Assembly (NCBI GenBank): GCA_951804945.1
Contig: OX638159.1
Span: 51,956,001 to 52,020,000, forward strand
Source of the DNA: Podarcis cretensis
Lineage: Eukaryota
DNA length: 64,000 nucleotides
Direction: 5' to 3'
The notes beneath the pieces were generated by a model, which searched no databases, was not told the DNA's origin, and saw only the letters and a program-made list of their open reading frames with translations. A program made the position numbers and the translations under genes. This document shows positions 1 through 13,048 of the stretch, piece by piece (the stretch's first letter is position 1; the number at the start of each line of letters is the position of its first letter).

Positions 1-650
1 TATTCTTGATGAAGGTCACGGCTGGGATATGCAACCTGAGGTCAGAGGTCTAACAGAGAGTGATAACTCATCAGGAGGTAGATGAGCTTACGGCAGAGTT
101 TTACTTCCCTGGGAGATCTAGCATTGTCAGGACAGAAGCAATGCAATCAGAGGCTGGAATATCTGAGAACATCTCCCTAAACTTCAAGCCCCAAATATTC
201 TGACCACTGCATGGCTTGGACTGCCATGCACATGCGTCACTCAAGCATGCGTAAACAACAACAAGCATTTATTTAGCGCCCTTCAAGCATTCACGTATGT
301 CTTCTCCAAAATCCTTATATCAGCTTTGCAAAGTAGAAATACTATTATTATTTCTGTAATGCAGATGGGGTGGGGAGGGCCAATAAAATAGCAGCAAGCC
401 TAATATAGAGTCACTCAGTGAATTTCCATCTGGAGTAAGCAGTGAACCAGGGATTGCTGTGCTTGCAGATCACAGTCCTAGGCATTAATGGCCAGTGGCA
501 ATGTAGAATCACCACACCCATTCTCAAACCATAGGCCCCTTCTGAATTTGCATTTAGCATCAGTGCTGCATAGGGCGCTACAGAATAGAAATACAAGGCA
601 TCAGTTGGGAGGCAGAGAAGCCAGGGTCTGGCAAATGAGTTGTCGGGCAA

Positions 651-1172
651 AGGAAGCTGCCTTATACCAACTCAGACCATTGGTGCATCCTATCTCAGCA
701 TTGAGGGACACGGGTGGCGCTGTGGGTTAAACCAGAGAGCCTAGGACTTACTGATCAGAAGGTCGGCGGTTTGAATGCCCGCAATGGGGTGAGCTCCCAT
801 TGCTCGGTCCCAGCTCCTGCCAACCTAGCAGTTTGAAAGCATGTCAAAGTGCAAGTAGATAAATAGCTACCACTCCGGCGGGAAGGTAAATGGCGTTTCC
901 ATGTGCTGCTCTGGTTCACCAGAAGCAGCTTAGTCATGCTGGCCACATGACCCGGCAGCTGTATGCCGGCTCCCTCGGCCAATAAAGCGAGATGAGCGCC
1001 GCAACCCCAGAGTCGTTCATGACTGGACCTCATGGTCAGGGGTCCCTTTACCTTTTACCTTTATCTCAGCATTGTCTACCCTACACTGACAAGTTTCGGG
1101 CAAAGATCCGAAGCTGCCAGGGAATGAAGCTAGGACCTTTTGCATGTAAAGCAGATATGCTTTACCACTGAA
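651..1172 (-). mobile_element. Old tRNA-derived SINE (Squam3-like), split by a Sauria SINE
   Basis: aggaagctgccttatacc...tcagaccattgg tail on the left; gggaatgaagctaggacc...accactgaactac tRNA-like head on the right. Confidence 0.65.
705..1061 (+). mobile_element. Sauria SINE (Squam1/POM type)
   Basis: GGGACACGGGTGGCGCTGTGGGTTAAA head and ACCTTT-repeat tail; 13-bp TSD tatctcagcattg (691-703 and 1062-1074). Confidence 0.92.
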
Positions 1173-1454
1173 CTACGCCCCCTTCCCCACGAAGAATCAG
1201 TCCCAGTTATCTGTTGCTACCCCCAAGCTGGCCTGCTAAGGTTACCTTTTTTTTTTAGGTACACTCACCAATATTGCACAGGCTCTGGAAACAGGGACAT
1301 GCTTGTGTATTTGAAATGAGCCAATTTTCACACTGCGCCTGCTGCTTGAGGTCCTTGCCCGGCTGCACACAATGTTGTGCACTGCTGCTGTGTCGTACAT
1401 TGCAGAAGACTCATGTCAGTCCATTGTTCATTTGCCCTGAAATAGCTCGCCCTG

Positions 1455-1892
1455 CAAGAGTATTGCTAGCCCAGAAATGGAAGCAAGAAGAAATTCTGAT
1501 GAAAGACTAATGGCAGACAAAATTAATGGACTATGCAGAATTAGATAAAATGACAGGAAGGATTCGAAACCTGCGGGACCAGAGATTTACAGAAGATTGG
1601 AAGAAATATATGAACTATTTGAAGAGCAACTGTAATCAACAAATTACGCTAGTAGGACTACAAGAAGTTTTGTAAGGAGAAATGTATGAAGCATTGCAAA
1701 GTAGAGAACGAATAGAGATATTAGTTATGAGTTAAATGTAATTGTGGAAGTAAGAAATGTTTATTTAGTGAATAGATTGGAAATTTTTCAGATGTGATTG
1801 ATGGAAGTAAAAAAAAATGGTATAAGATATGAAAGTATGTTTAATTACTGTTGAAAATGATACGTTGAAAAACTAATGAAAAAAATATATAT
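1455..1892 (+). mobile_element. 5'-truncated L1-clade LINE 3' end
   Basis: Degenerate ORF2 C-terminus (RVLLAQKWKQEE..WQTKLMDYAELDKMTGRIRNLRDQRFTEDWKKYMNYL), A-rich tail, 15-bp TSD aaatagctc[g/a]ccctg (1440-1454 and 1893-1907). Confidence 0.82.
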
Positions 1893-2429
1893 AAATAGCT
1901 CACCCTGGCACGGGCTTTCTGGAGCAGGAAACAACAGAACCATAGAATTGTAGAATTGCAAGAGACCCCGTGGGACATGCAGTTCAACCGAGCAGCAATG
2001 CACGAATCACAGCAAAAATCAGTCGCTCTCCTAGCTCCAACAGGACAGAACTTACCCAGTGTTCCTAAGGAATCAGCACCCACCCTAAGGACAGAGACTC
2101 TTGAAATTGAAGGGGGTGGCATCCAAAATACAAAACACGATCAGAGTGTGAAGGAGATGCAGTTGGCGCACCAACCACAGCTGGAGAAAAGTGCTTGATG
2201 CCAAAGAGGCTACTAGAGCGCAGGAGTGGAACACAGAACAGTCCCAAGCTGGGAATCTGGTGCTTTAGGGTGGCTGATGTGTTCTCCGCCTTGCTTCCAG
2301 ATTAAAAAAACATGGCACTTCACCTAAGGACAGAATTTGCCGTCTGAAACAAGGTAGTATCACTTGCCCTGCAGTGATTCCAGTACAAGCAATTTTTTGC
2401 TTTTGTTTTTATTGTCCATGGAAGAAGTA

Positions 2430-2685
2430 CCGTATTTTTCGCTCTATAAGACGCACCAGACCATGAGACGCACCTAGTTTTTGGAAGAGGAAAACAAGAA
2501 AAAAAATATTCTGAATCTCAGAATCCAGAACAATAGGGATTGCTGTGAAGCGAAAGCAGCGATCCCTCTTGCTGTTCTGGCTTCTGGGATAGCTGTGCAG
2601 CCTGCATTCGCTACATAAGACGCACACACATTTCCTCTTACTTTTTAGGAGGGAAAAAGTGAGTCTTATAGAGCAAAAAATACGG
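2430..2685. mobile_element. Tc1/mariner-superfamily MITE (CCGTATTTT TIR family)
   Basis: TIRs CCGTATTTTTCGCTCTATAAGAC / GTCTTATAGAGCAAAAAATACGG, TA on both sides. Confidence 0.88.
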
Positions 2686-3478
2686 TAACTCCATCCCTAC
2701 AAAGGAGTACTTGCTTCGCTTCGTTTATGACAATAAATAAGGAAATAATTTGCAGCTAAGGAGTTCTCTATGTGTATTCTCTCTAGGCAGTTATAGAGGG
2801 AAAGGTGGGGAATCTGTGTCCACGCAAAAGCATCTACCTGTGTGCACAGGAAAGTCAAGATTTGGGAAGGATGGAAACCTTGACAACTCTAGTGTGTTGG
2901 CCACTGGCATGCAGACCCTGCAGGGGACCCCAGAGGGCAATGCAGTCTTCAGGATGAAAAGGCTTACCTAGCCATGCTTTCTATCAGACTTCCTCATTGG
3001 CCATGCTGGCTGGGGCTGGTGGGAATTGTCGTTCAAAACATCTGGAGGGGGAACCAGGTCAGCAAAAGCTACTGTAATGCATGATGGTCTTTGTAACATG
3101 GTTGTATTGATCACAGCTGTAGACCAGATCCCATGCACAATTCTCACTTCAAGGCTGGCTTGGTGGGGGACACACACCACACACTGACTTAAGCTTCTTT
3201 TAAAGTACAGAAATTATTGCAACGATGCAAATTACCTTGGGTGCAATTCCCCAGGAATATTTTTCTGCAGAAGCCACAGAGAAATTAATGGGAGCCACGC
3301 AAGGGCCTGGAATGAGGGATATCCCTCCTTCACTGTTGCCAAATGTGCTAAGGGCAAACACACACTAAAATAATTTCAGCTGTGGGAGCCCTTTTTCAGT
3401 CTGTTGCAATGATGCTGCTGTATATATATTTTGAAGTGGCCAATTAAAATTAGATTTTAAACATGGATTATAGAAATA

Positions 3479-3603
3479 CAGTGGTACCTCGGGTTAAGAA
3501 CTTAATTCATTCCAGAGGTCCGTTCTTAACCTGAAACTGGTCTTAACCTGAGGTACCACTTTAGCTAATGGTGCCTCCCACTGCCACTGCACCATCAGAG
3601 CAC
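3479..3603. mobile_element. Partial Tc1/mariner (Tigger-like) MITE, CAGTGGTACCTC family
   Basis: TA then CAGTGGTACCTCGGGTTAAGAAC; matches one half of the full copies at 13049, 17336 and elsewhere. Confidence 0.8.
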
Positions 3604-4760
3604 TTTTGCACATTTTGTTATTCTGAAACAACCTGTTTTCTTCTTCTTCTAACCTCCGGGTTGTGTTTTACTGAGCAGGAGATGTTGGAAATATTAGCAC
3701 ATGTAGAGGGAAAATAATTCAAAGCCTTTATGTTTGGGGACCAATTAATTATCAAAACCTCCAGTTTTGAGAAGAAAGATATTTAATCTCCTCTAATCCC
3801 TTGTGACTCTGACCTTTGACCTCTGCATCCTGACCTCTGGGTTCGGGGCTCCCATCCCGCAGGACACGACTAAATATAGACCCATTGTTTTACAAACAAT
3901 AGTTTCATAAATCTTTGCAAGTGTAACACTGGAGCCCTTCGCCATCAGCATCATCTCCATCTTCCCCTCTGGACGCTGAATATATTTCTGTGGGCATGAG
4001 CTACGAATTCTGCTTCTTTGTCTTCTAGCAATTCTGATCTGATCTAACGCATTGTTCCTGCTACCATATTAATTACTGGGAAAGTATACATAGGGTTCTG
4101 TGTGCGAGAGAAAGAAAGAGAGTGTTTGTGTGTTGTCCTGTTTTTTTGCCTTCACACTCGCTGGAGCCAGTTCCCGCTTCTGATCTGACAGCCGAAGAGC
4201 TTGGGAGGTAATTATACAGCTCTGCACGTGCCTTGCTTGCGGCATATGACACACCACATTATTGACACCAATTTTAATTACTTCTATTTATCTCTCCCTT
4301 CTACCTAATCCAAAGTTGACATTAGTTACTTCAGCACAGGAGTTGTTGAATGGAGTGCAGTTCCCCTCAACCTACCGAGTGCCCCTTTCCCTAAATAAAC
4401 CACTGGGTTTTTTTTGAAACAAGAGGAAATCCTGTCTTCTTTTTTTGTTTTCATGGAATGATGTGAAGAAGGTAGGGTGTGCATTTATGGTAGCCACCTA
4501 GTGGAATTTATTTTCTTCTGCATGACTTCCTGAGAATAGAGCACAGATACCTTGTGTGCATATGCTAGTCTGGGAATTTGTATGTCCCAGAGCTTTGTAC
4601 AGGCTCTGGTGCATGCCTGGAATTCATCCTCATCTTGAGGAAGATGGGGCAGCTCAGTGCTGAAATCCCTCTATGATGGAGAAGTGGGAGGGATTTGTGG
4701 CTCTGAACTCCAGCTCCCATAATTCATGACGCTGGCTTGGGCTGTTGAGGATCAGATCTT

Positions 4761-6188
4761 CCAGTCTCAAATCTTCCATTCTTGGGCAAGGTGATTGAGC
4801 GAGTGGTTGCTGAACAACTCCAGGCACGCCTGGAAGAAGCGGACCATTTGGATCCCTTCCAGTCGGGATTCAGGCCTCATCATGGGACTGAAACTGCCTT
4901 GGTCGCACTGGTTGATGATCTCCGGCGGGCTAGGGACAAAGGTGAGAGCTGTTTCCTAGTTCTGCTGGATCTCTCAGCGGCGTTTGATACCATCGACCAT
5001 AACATCCTTCTGGACCGTCTTGAGGGGCTGGGAGCTGGGGGCACTGTCCTACAGTGGTTCCGCTCCTTCCTCCTGGGCCGTGTTCAGAAAGTGGTGGTGG
5101 GGGATGAGTGTTCAGACCCCTGGGCTCTCACTTGTGGGGTGCCTCAGGGTTCTGTCCTCTCCCCCATGCTTTTCAACATTTACATGCAGCCGCTGGGAGA
5201 GATCATCAGGGGGTTTGGGCTGGGTGTTCATCAGTATGCGGATGATACCCAGCTCTACCTCTCTTTCAAATCAGAACCAGTGAAGGCGGTGAAGGTCCTG
5301 TGTGAGTGTCTGGAGGCGGTTGGAGGATGGATGGCGGCTAACAGATTGAGATTGAATCCTGACAAGACAGAAGTACTGTTTCTGGGGGACAGGAGGCGGG
5401 CAGGTGTGGAGGACTCCCTGGTCCTGAATGGGGTAACCGTGCCCCTGAAGGACCAGGTGCGCAGCCTGGGAGTCATTTTGGACTCACAGCTGTCCATGGA
5501 GGCACAGGTTAAATCCGTGTCCAGGGCAGCTGTGTACCAGCTCCATCTGGTACGCAGGCTGAGACCCTATCTGCCTGTGGACTGCCTCGCCAGAGTGGTG
5601 CATGCTCTGGTTATCTCCCGCTTGGATTACTGCAATGCACTCTACGTGGGGCTACCTTTGAAGGTGACCCGGAAACTACAACTAATCCAGAACGCAGCAG
5701 CCAGACTGGTGACAGGGAGCGGCCACCGAGACCATATAACACCGGTCTTGAAAAACCTACATTGGCTCCCAGTACGTTTCCGAGCACAATTCAAAGTGTT
5801 GGTGCTGACCTTTAAAGCCCTAAACGGCCTCGGTCCAGTATACCTGAAGGAGCGTCTCCACCCCCATCGTTCTACCCGGACACTGAGGTCCAGCACCAAG
5901 GGCCTTCTGGCGGTTCCCTCACTGCGAGAAGCCAAGTTACAGGGAACCAGGCAGAGGGCCTTTTCGGTAGTGGCGCCCTCCTTGTGGAATGCCCTCCCAC
6001 CAGATGTCAAAGAGAACAACAACTACCAGACTTTTAGAAGACATCTGAAGGCAGCCCTGTTCAGGGATGCTTTTAATGTTTGATGTATCATAGTATTTTA
6101 ATATTCTTTGGAAGCCGCCCAGAGTGGCTGGGGAGGCCCAGCCAGATGGGCGGGGTATAAATAATAAATTATTATTATTATTATTATT
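4761..6188 (+). mobile_element. 5'-truncated L2-clade LINE
   Basis: Starts mid-RT (PVSNLPFLGKVIERVVA) and has an uninterrupted ORF to 6083; 3' UTR gccgcccagagtggctgggg...gggtataaataataaa followed by a (TTA)n tail. Confidence 0.92.
4782..6083 (+). CDS. L2 LINE ORF2 reverse transcriptase, C-terminal part (not a host gene)
   Basis: RT motifs QSGFR, LLDLSAAFDTIDH, GVPQGSVLSPMLFNIYM, YADD and the L2-typical SRLDYCNALY and HITPVLKNLHWLP. The start codon is an artefact of truncation. Confidence 0.9.
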   Translation: MGKVIERVVAEQLQARLEEADHLDPFQSGFRPHHGTETALVALVDDLRRARDKGESCFLVLLDLSAAFDTIDHNILLDRLEGLGAGGTVLQWFRSFLLGRVQKVVVGDECSDPWALTCGVPQGSVLSPMLFNIYMQPLGEIIRGFGLGVHQYADDTQLYLSFKSEPVKAVKVLCECLEAVGGWMAANRLRLNPDKTEVLFLGDRRRAGVEDSLVLNGVTVPLKDQVRSLGVILDSQLSMEAQVKSVSRAAVYQLHLVRRLRPYLPVDCLARVVHALVISRLDYCNALYVGLPLKVTRKLQLIQNAAARLVTGSGHRDHITPVLKNLHWLPVRFRAQFKVLVLTFKALNGLGPVYLKERLHPHRSTRTLRSSTKGLLAVPSLREAKLQGTRQRAFSVVAPSLWNALPPDVKENNNYQTFRRHLKAALFRDAFNV

Positions 6189-6430
6189 AAACTTGCTTTT
6201 GGAGCATGGTGTTGCCTCCTTCCCCACTGAAAGGTAGTAGGGAAGGTTTTGTTTCCATGATGGAATCCTCACACCCACAAATGGCCTCCTGTATCTCACC
6301 CCGTGTATGTCCCCGTTCAAAATGTTGCAATTCCACACCGAAACAGAAAGCACCCTCTCTCTCCACTTCCTGTTCCCCTCCCAATTCTGAAGCGCTGTAG
6401 CCCCTCTACTGAATTTTGTGTCTTCTTTTA

Positions 6431-6768
6431 GGTAAGGTGAAGGGACCCCTGACCATCAGGTCTAGTCGTGGCCAACTCTGGGGTTGCGGCACTCATCTCA
6501 CTTTACTGGCTGAGGGAGCCGGCGTACAGCTTCCGGGTCTTGTGGCCAGCATGACTAAGCTGCTTCTGGCGAACCAGAGCAGCACACGGAAACGTCATTT
6601 ACCTTCCCACTGGAGCGGTACCTATTTATCTACTTGCACTTTGGCGTGCTTTCGAACTGCTAGGTTGGCAGGAGCAGGGACCGAGCAACGGCAGCTCACC
6701 CCGTCGCAGGGATTCGAATCAGCAAACCCTAGGCTCTGTGGTTTAAACCACAATGCCACCCGTGTCCC
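6431..6768 (-). mobile_element. Sauria SINE
   Basis: Reverse complement of the 705-1061 family; about 18-bp TSD ttgtg[t/g]cttcttttaggt (6416-6433 and 6769-6786). Confidence 0.92.
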
Positions 6769-7319
6769 TTGTGGCTTCTTTTAGGTGCTACAAAAACCAT
6801 TTTGAGCACGTCTCTGCCTAAGCTCTGAGGTGTGAATAGGTGAGCAGGCATTGAAAACCAGGCTCCTTCCCTATCCACACAAAGGTATCACTTGCAGGGG
6901 AAAAGCAAGGTGAGACGTTTCCCCACTTTACCCCTTTCCACAGATTAAGACTCCTATTAGTAGAGGCTACCTGGTGCCGAACCCAAGGAGAAGTGATCCA
7001 GGAGCAAGGATCATCCTCGCCCAGCACATGCAAGTGTAAAAATGAATTACCGCAATGCAAGGAGCAAGGAGGAGAATATCAAGCTTTGCTTTAATTTAAT
7101 ATAGCACTGGATATTTCTATGCACTCCTTATTAACCACTGGATGAAACATTCTCTGTGGCTGAGACTGCACTGACATTAATAATTCATCTTCAGTTTGTT
7201 CCGGACTGCAGAGTTCCTTCTTTGCCACTCCAGAAGCAACTGGATATTTTAAGTAAATGCAGGGGGAGATTGTATATATGTACACACAGACACATAGAGA
7301 CACACACAGAAACAGAAAC

Positions 7320-7320
7320 A

Positions 7321-7380
<60 letters not shown>
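7320..7380. repeat. (AC)n(AG)n compound microsatellite
   Basis: Seen directly. Confidence 0.95.
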
Positions 7381-7385
<5 letters not shown>

Positions 7386-10300
7386 ACCTACAAAATAAAT
7401 AATCATAATAGCAGTATTCCAAAGCTCTCTTTTGCTTTTAGTTTTCCATAGCAAGCAAGGATTCCCTCGAGAACATATATGCCTGACCCTAAACTTTCCC
7501 CATTTTCCAAGTCAGTGCACTTGATGGGAACCTATCAGGCTTCCTCTCTTTGATTACATACCCTTTAGATCTTTAGTTGTGGAACCGTTGCCAATTTAGG
7601 GTTGCATGAATTCATTTCATTGATGGAGCTTTTAAGATATTTGGTCCCTCATTCTCTCCGCCTGCCCCATGCATCTTAAGTGGCTTGCAAAAGAATCGAG
7701 ACCACGCACGCAAGGTGTTGGGTCTAGGGGGCAGTCCACCATTCATCTTTCTAAATATGCAAACACATTAGATTTCCTTCTGACCAAGTTGTGGCGGGGG
7801 AGTGGAATTGTCCCTTTGGAAACAAAGCTCGAGTTCCAAGCTCTTCAAGTTCCCTCCCCCACCTTCAATTTTTAGCAAGCTAGTAAAAATCAATAGCCTT
7901 GTGTTCCCATCTGTAAGCCACCTGACATTCTATGAATGATCAATGGAGCTTACACAGGGACTCTCAAGAAAGCAGGCCAGAACACCACAACATTACAGTT
8001 TTTATCTTCTGTTGCTTCAGAATCATCCCTTCCATGATTGCATGGTTTCTTCTTCATTTAGAGAGCATTAATGAATTCCAGGATGTAGCAGAGTGATTAT
8101 CGTCAGAAAGTAGCTTTCGTAGCATTCAGGGAATTTGTGGGAAAGTATTTATTTTTTAATGCAATGAAACTTTATGCTGTGGAATCCATTCTCTTAAGCA
8201 GAAAACAGTGCAGCTTGCTCCATATTGCATTGCTAAATATCAGCTTGAAAATATCAGTTTACATTGCTAAAGATCAAGTCCTGTGGAGGCTGGACAATAC
8301 CTGAAATTTACCAGTCTGGTATGGAATTGGAGTGGATTGTAGAGAATTCAGGTCATAACAATGTAACAAAATGCTTGTGTGTGTTTTACCAATGGACATC
8401 CAGGGCACTCAGTGATTTCCATTTGCCACAACTTTACCAACTCAACTTTATGCATGCAAACAAAGCAGTTCTTGGCTATGGGAAAGTCATTTTTGTAGCT
8501 CATTGCAACAAAGCAATCAGCGGTGCAAAGGTTTCAACAGAGTAATTGAGCAAGGAAATAGCAAAAAGCTGGCCTCTTTAAGAGAAGGCTGAAGGAAATG
8601 GAACCTTTTCAAAGCCCCCAAAGCGAACCTTTATTATTGTCACTTCCTCAAGCCATGTTAAACTCTGAAAGGGGTCTTTTCAAGATGCGCAAAAGCACCA
8701 GAGATCACTCCTCTTCTTCTTTTTAGCTATAAGCACACTGCCATCTGCCACCACAATCCTCAACCCATAATCTCTGAGCCAGACCAAGCTTTCTTTCACA
8801 TTGACTCAAGCTGAGCTCGCTGCAGAATGAGCGTGAGGGGAAGGAACACAAAGCCTGACGTGTCACAGAGGGGCACAACTTAACTTGTCTGCCTCGTCCT
8901 TTGCCAAAATCATTTCCTTCCACTGTGCATGCCTGGTATGGTTCAGTGTAGAAACAGTACATAAATACTTGTGTATGCACGGGTGGGTGGAGGGGACGGC
9001 GCACATGCATCACATGACAGACAGACAGACAGATCGTGCAATAAAAAGGTAAAATTAGTATTACGATTATATTTATTTCTCGCTTTTACCCCAGGCTGGG
9101 ACTCAAGGTGACTTAAACCAATTGAAACAATAGAGATAAAATACAAAAAAATAATAATTTAAAAGATAATTGCTGAAAAGTAAGTAATAGAATTAAAAAC
9201 AATATAAACAACAAATCTATTAAAATACAGATAAGAAAAATAGCACAGCACTATAAACAAACCCTTTCCTTGTCAACAAAAAACAAAAGCAAAAGTCAGT
9301 TCCCCAACGTTGGTTGGAATAAAACAGTCTTCACCTAGAAAATGACATGGAATTATCAGGATGTGGCCAATGGCCATGATGACTATGTGTGGATACAGAA
9401 ATGTTTCTGAATACTAGCTGCTGAAAACTACAGGAGGAGAGAGGGCTCTTGTGCTTGGATCCTGTTTGCAGGTTTCCCACAAGCATCTGAATGGCCACTG
9501 AATGGGCCATTGGCCTCATCCAGCAGGCTTTTCTTATGTCCTTATGTCCTTATCTGTTTTCACATTGGTTCAAGGACTCAAGGAGAAAGGAAGAAAAATA
9601 TACAGTGGCACTTTGGGGCACCCATTGACCGCACATTTGACACATGGCCAGCCCATAGAATTTGTCTCTTCCCTTAATCCTCCTCTCACCCTATAAATGG
9701 GAATTGCTGTATTCACCACCCGTGCCAAGAACAGCTGCTAAACTCTGTGCCTTTGATGAACGCTGTGCATTTGCTGCTCCCTCCTTGGGCTCAGGGAACA
9801 TGGGAAGTATGCAAAAAGAGAATTTACTTTGAGCTATTTCTTGGGAGCCATCCCCACTCCTCTCCCCCACCCCCAATTAAAGAAACATGTTTAGAACACA
9901 TTACTTGTTGGGTGTTTGCTACTTCCTTTTATTTTTCAATGAGAAGGAAATCGTCATCCCCATATCCTTTGGAGGGAGCCAAGTGCATAAACCAGTGTTT
10001 GGGGGGGATTTGCACCTGCTCAGAAAGGGAAAAAAGGGCACACAGTGGAGCAAATCTGGTTTCATGCCATGAACCTTTAATTTGCTGCATCCCTAGAAGG
10101 ATGGCAGAATGCCAAGGAGCAGCGTTCTGAAAATAAGCCTTACCCTGAGATCAGAGGAAAACCTTCAGATCTTCACCGCAGACTCCCAAAATGGCATTTC
10201 TCATGCTTTTAAGATGCGAGGACGTCCCGGACATCCAATTTCACCTCGCCAATATGGTGCTCCCGTGAAAAACAGAAAACACACAAAAGCTATTGACTTC

Positions 10301-10957
10301 TGTGGAACGGAGCCAATTTAAGCTAGCTGAGGAGTTGACTCGGAGCCTCATCTTAGAGGTGGATCCAAAAATAGGAGCGGGGAGGAGGGGGTAAGATATA
10401 GGGGGTAAGAGGGCAGGGGATGTCACACACATCCCCCAAAAAAGTGAGGAGCGGCTGATTATTCCTATTTTATGACACAGCTGAAGGAAGGCATGTTGAG
10501 GGGGACAAACAGACGGAGCCTAGTGCTTCTGAAATGAACGCTGCGTATTTTCAGCACCTATTGAATACGTTCCCTTTTCTGTCTGTATTCAAATTCAATC
10601 CGAACATTGTTTTTATATGTGAAAAACATTTTGCATGTGTTTTTATTGTTGATGCTTTCGTCGCTGAATCACTTCGAGGCACTTCATGGGAAACAACATC
10701 AACAAAATCAATCAATAGAAATGGATAGAGACAATGAGATGCCCACAGAATGTTCCCTGGTACCCACAGGATCTCCTCCCACATGAAATCGGGCTTTATG
10801 GTACCCAATAAAGTAGGTTGATGGGTGGATGGGTGGGGGAGTCCCTGATTTGCAGATGGGCCCAAAGAGGTTAGCAATCATGGGCGCAGAGGCATGGGCA
10901 TTGGCCCACACCCCAACATGTCTGGCTGTGCCAAGTCAGCCTTAGGAGGTGGTAGAC

Positions 10958-11210
10958 CACGGGTAGGCAACCTAAGGCCCGTGGGCCGGATGCGGCCCAA
11001 TTGCCTTGTCAATCCAGCCCACGGATGGTCTAGGAATCAGTGTGTTTTTACATGGGTAGAATGTGTGCCTTTATTTAAAATGCATCTCTGGGTTATTTGT
11101 GGGGCATAGGAATTCTTTCATTTTCCCCCCTCCCCAAATATAGTCTGGCCCACCACATGGTCTGAGGGATGGTAGACTGGCCCACGACTGAAAAAGGTTG
11201 CTGATCCCTG
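10958..11210. mobile_element. Non-autonomous hAT element inside a CR1 remnant
   Basis: Ends CACGGGTAGGCAACC and GGTTGCTGATCCCTG; ggtagac repeated on both flanks. Same family as 42396-43603, opposite orientation. Confidence 0.75.
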
Positions 11211-11437
11211 TCAGGTAGACTCTCCTTCCTTGGAGGTTTCTACAATTCTATGATTCACATGTTTAGTGTGAAGGTCGGCTAAAAAGTTCCAAGCATGTTT
11301 CCTTGAATGTTCTCATATGCCTCCTTGCAGCTGGGAATCTGCTAACCAACGTTTACTCAAAAGATTGTGCTACCAGCTTCAGTGGGACTTACTTCAAAGT
11401 AAGGTACGTAGGATTGTAGCCTAAAAGCCTAAGAAGC

Positions 11438-11438
<1 letters not shown>

Positions 11439-11487
<49 letters not shown>
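11439..11487. repeat. (AC)n microsatellite
   Basis: Seen directly. Confidence 0.95.
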
Positions 11488-11491
<4 letters not shown>

Positions 11492-13048
11492 ATAGTCATC
11501 CGTAAAAGGAAAATTTGCTAAGGGCAGCTCCCACAAATACAGAATACTTCTAAAATACCAAACATTAATAAACCCATCAATAATAAATGCACCCATCTCA
11601 AATAAGTTATGACCAAAACATAACAGAACCAAACAGAAAAATGGCCCAAGCCATCTGCGGCATTGTAAATGTTTGTGCAAACCTGTGCTAGAATTCCTCA
11701 CTTGCTCGTGGTCACAAATTTCCTCATCCCCTGCCAGGGGTGCCAACTTACCCCTTACGTTGAGGGGGCACAGTCACATGACGCATCACAAGATGTTGCC
11801 TGGCATGTGCCAGGCGGGAGAAGACACACGGAGGGCGATCTCCATGCTTGTTCATCCCAGCCGCAGCCCAAGGGGCCAGGTTACGACTGGGACAAGTGAA
11901 GCAAAGATGGCCTGCGCTTGTCCCAGTTGCATGGAGTCTGGGACGAGAGCAGGCAATCTTTGTTTTACTGGGGCTGGGGCGCACGGTGGGTGGCAGCCTT
12001 CTCAATATTGGGGGGTGCTGCCCCCTGCCAAAAATATTCGGGGAGCTGAAGCCCCCCTGCCCCTGTCCCCTGCCCCATAAAGTCTATATGGATTTTGCAT
12101 TCCAGTGGAACATTCTTTTTCTCATGGATTCATTCATTAGCAATACTTAGCAATGTCCATCAAAGAACTGGCCGAAAGGCAAGGATGGATCAGAGATATG
12201 TCTGATGTACATGGGTTCTCCCAGAACATCTATTCTCTGCCTGTATTGGCTGCTTTGTTCCATGTACCCTGTTTTGGGTATTTACAGAAAGCTCAGCAGA
12301 GCTTTCCCAATCTCATAGGCACGTTTTATGATGGGGGAAGCTTGCAATCACCCAGAAGGCATAAATCCACATTCACACAGACGGGTCATTTGAAGCCATC
12401 AAGCACACCAAGGAAAAGAGAGAAACCATTTAAGAGACAAAAGGGGACTTTCAGAGTCTTGATGGCTCGGCCATCTGCACACAAAAGGCAGAAGCTGCCT
12501 GAAACTGCGATCTACTATTCACAGTCGAAGCTCAATCTTACAAGATGACAAAGCGAAGGGACTGTTTTTGCCACGTGGTATATTTGTAGCTCCAGCAAGC
12601 AAAGGTCTCATATAGACTGACAGATATTACCTTGGTGGCTTGTATTTGGCTTTCTGGTGGTGCAAAGCTCTCTGCATCTCCTTGCCCTGATCTCAGCAAC
12701 ACCGGTGGAAGTGTCAGGGTTTGTTGTTGTTGGCATACGTCTGTCTCGAGAAACATCACCTCCAGAGGTGAAGGCAAACTGCTGGGGAAACACAGCACCT
12801 GCTGTGGTTGCAGGGGCTGGGTACTCGTATCTGCTGCCTCCTCTGCTGTTTTTGCTTCATCAGCTGCACTGCAGTGACCTCTCCAGGGTGCAAGCATGGG
12901 CAGTGTGCCTGGACGTCCTGGGCTGCCCAGACAACAAGACCCCCTCTTGGCCTGACTGATGTGGTCCAAAGGAAAGTAGAGCAATACACTTAGCACCAGC
13001 TTGGCTGCAGGAGTTGCCGGAATAACAGTGATGATGATGATGATGATA

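Noticed and set aside
705-790. tRNA-like A/B boxes here and at about 16240, 27580-27640 and 61745
   Set aside because: They are SINE heads, not complete cloverleaf tRNA genes.
4984-6353. Additional ORFs overlapping the L2 element
   Set aside because: Off-frame and antisense by-products of the RT coding sequence.
7091-7454. ORFs with THTH, ERER or CVCV runs (also at 11429, 18571, 20243, 63286)
   Set aside because: Translations of dinucleotide microsatellites.
12860-13022. Probable retroelement fragment (RTE 5' region-like)
   Set aside because: Looks repetitive from memory, but there is no second copy, TSD or ORF in the window to support a call.
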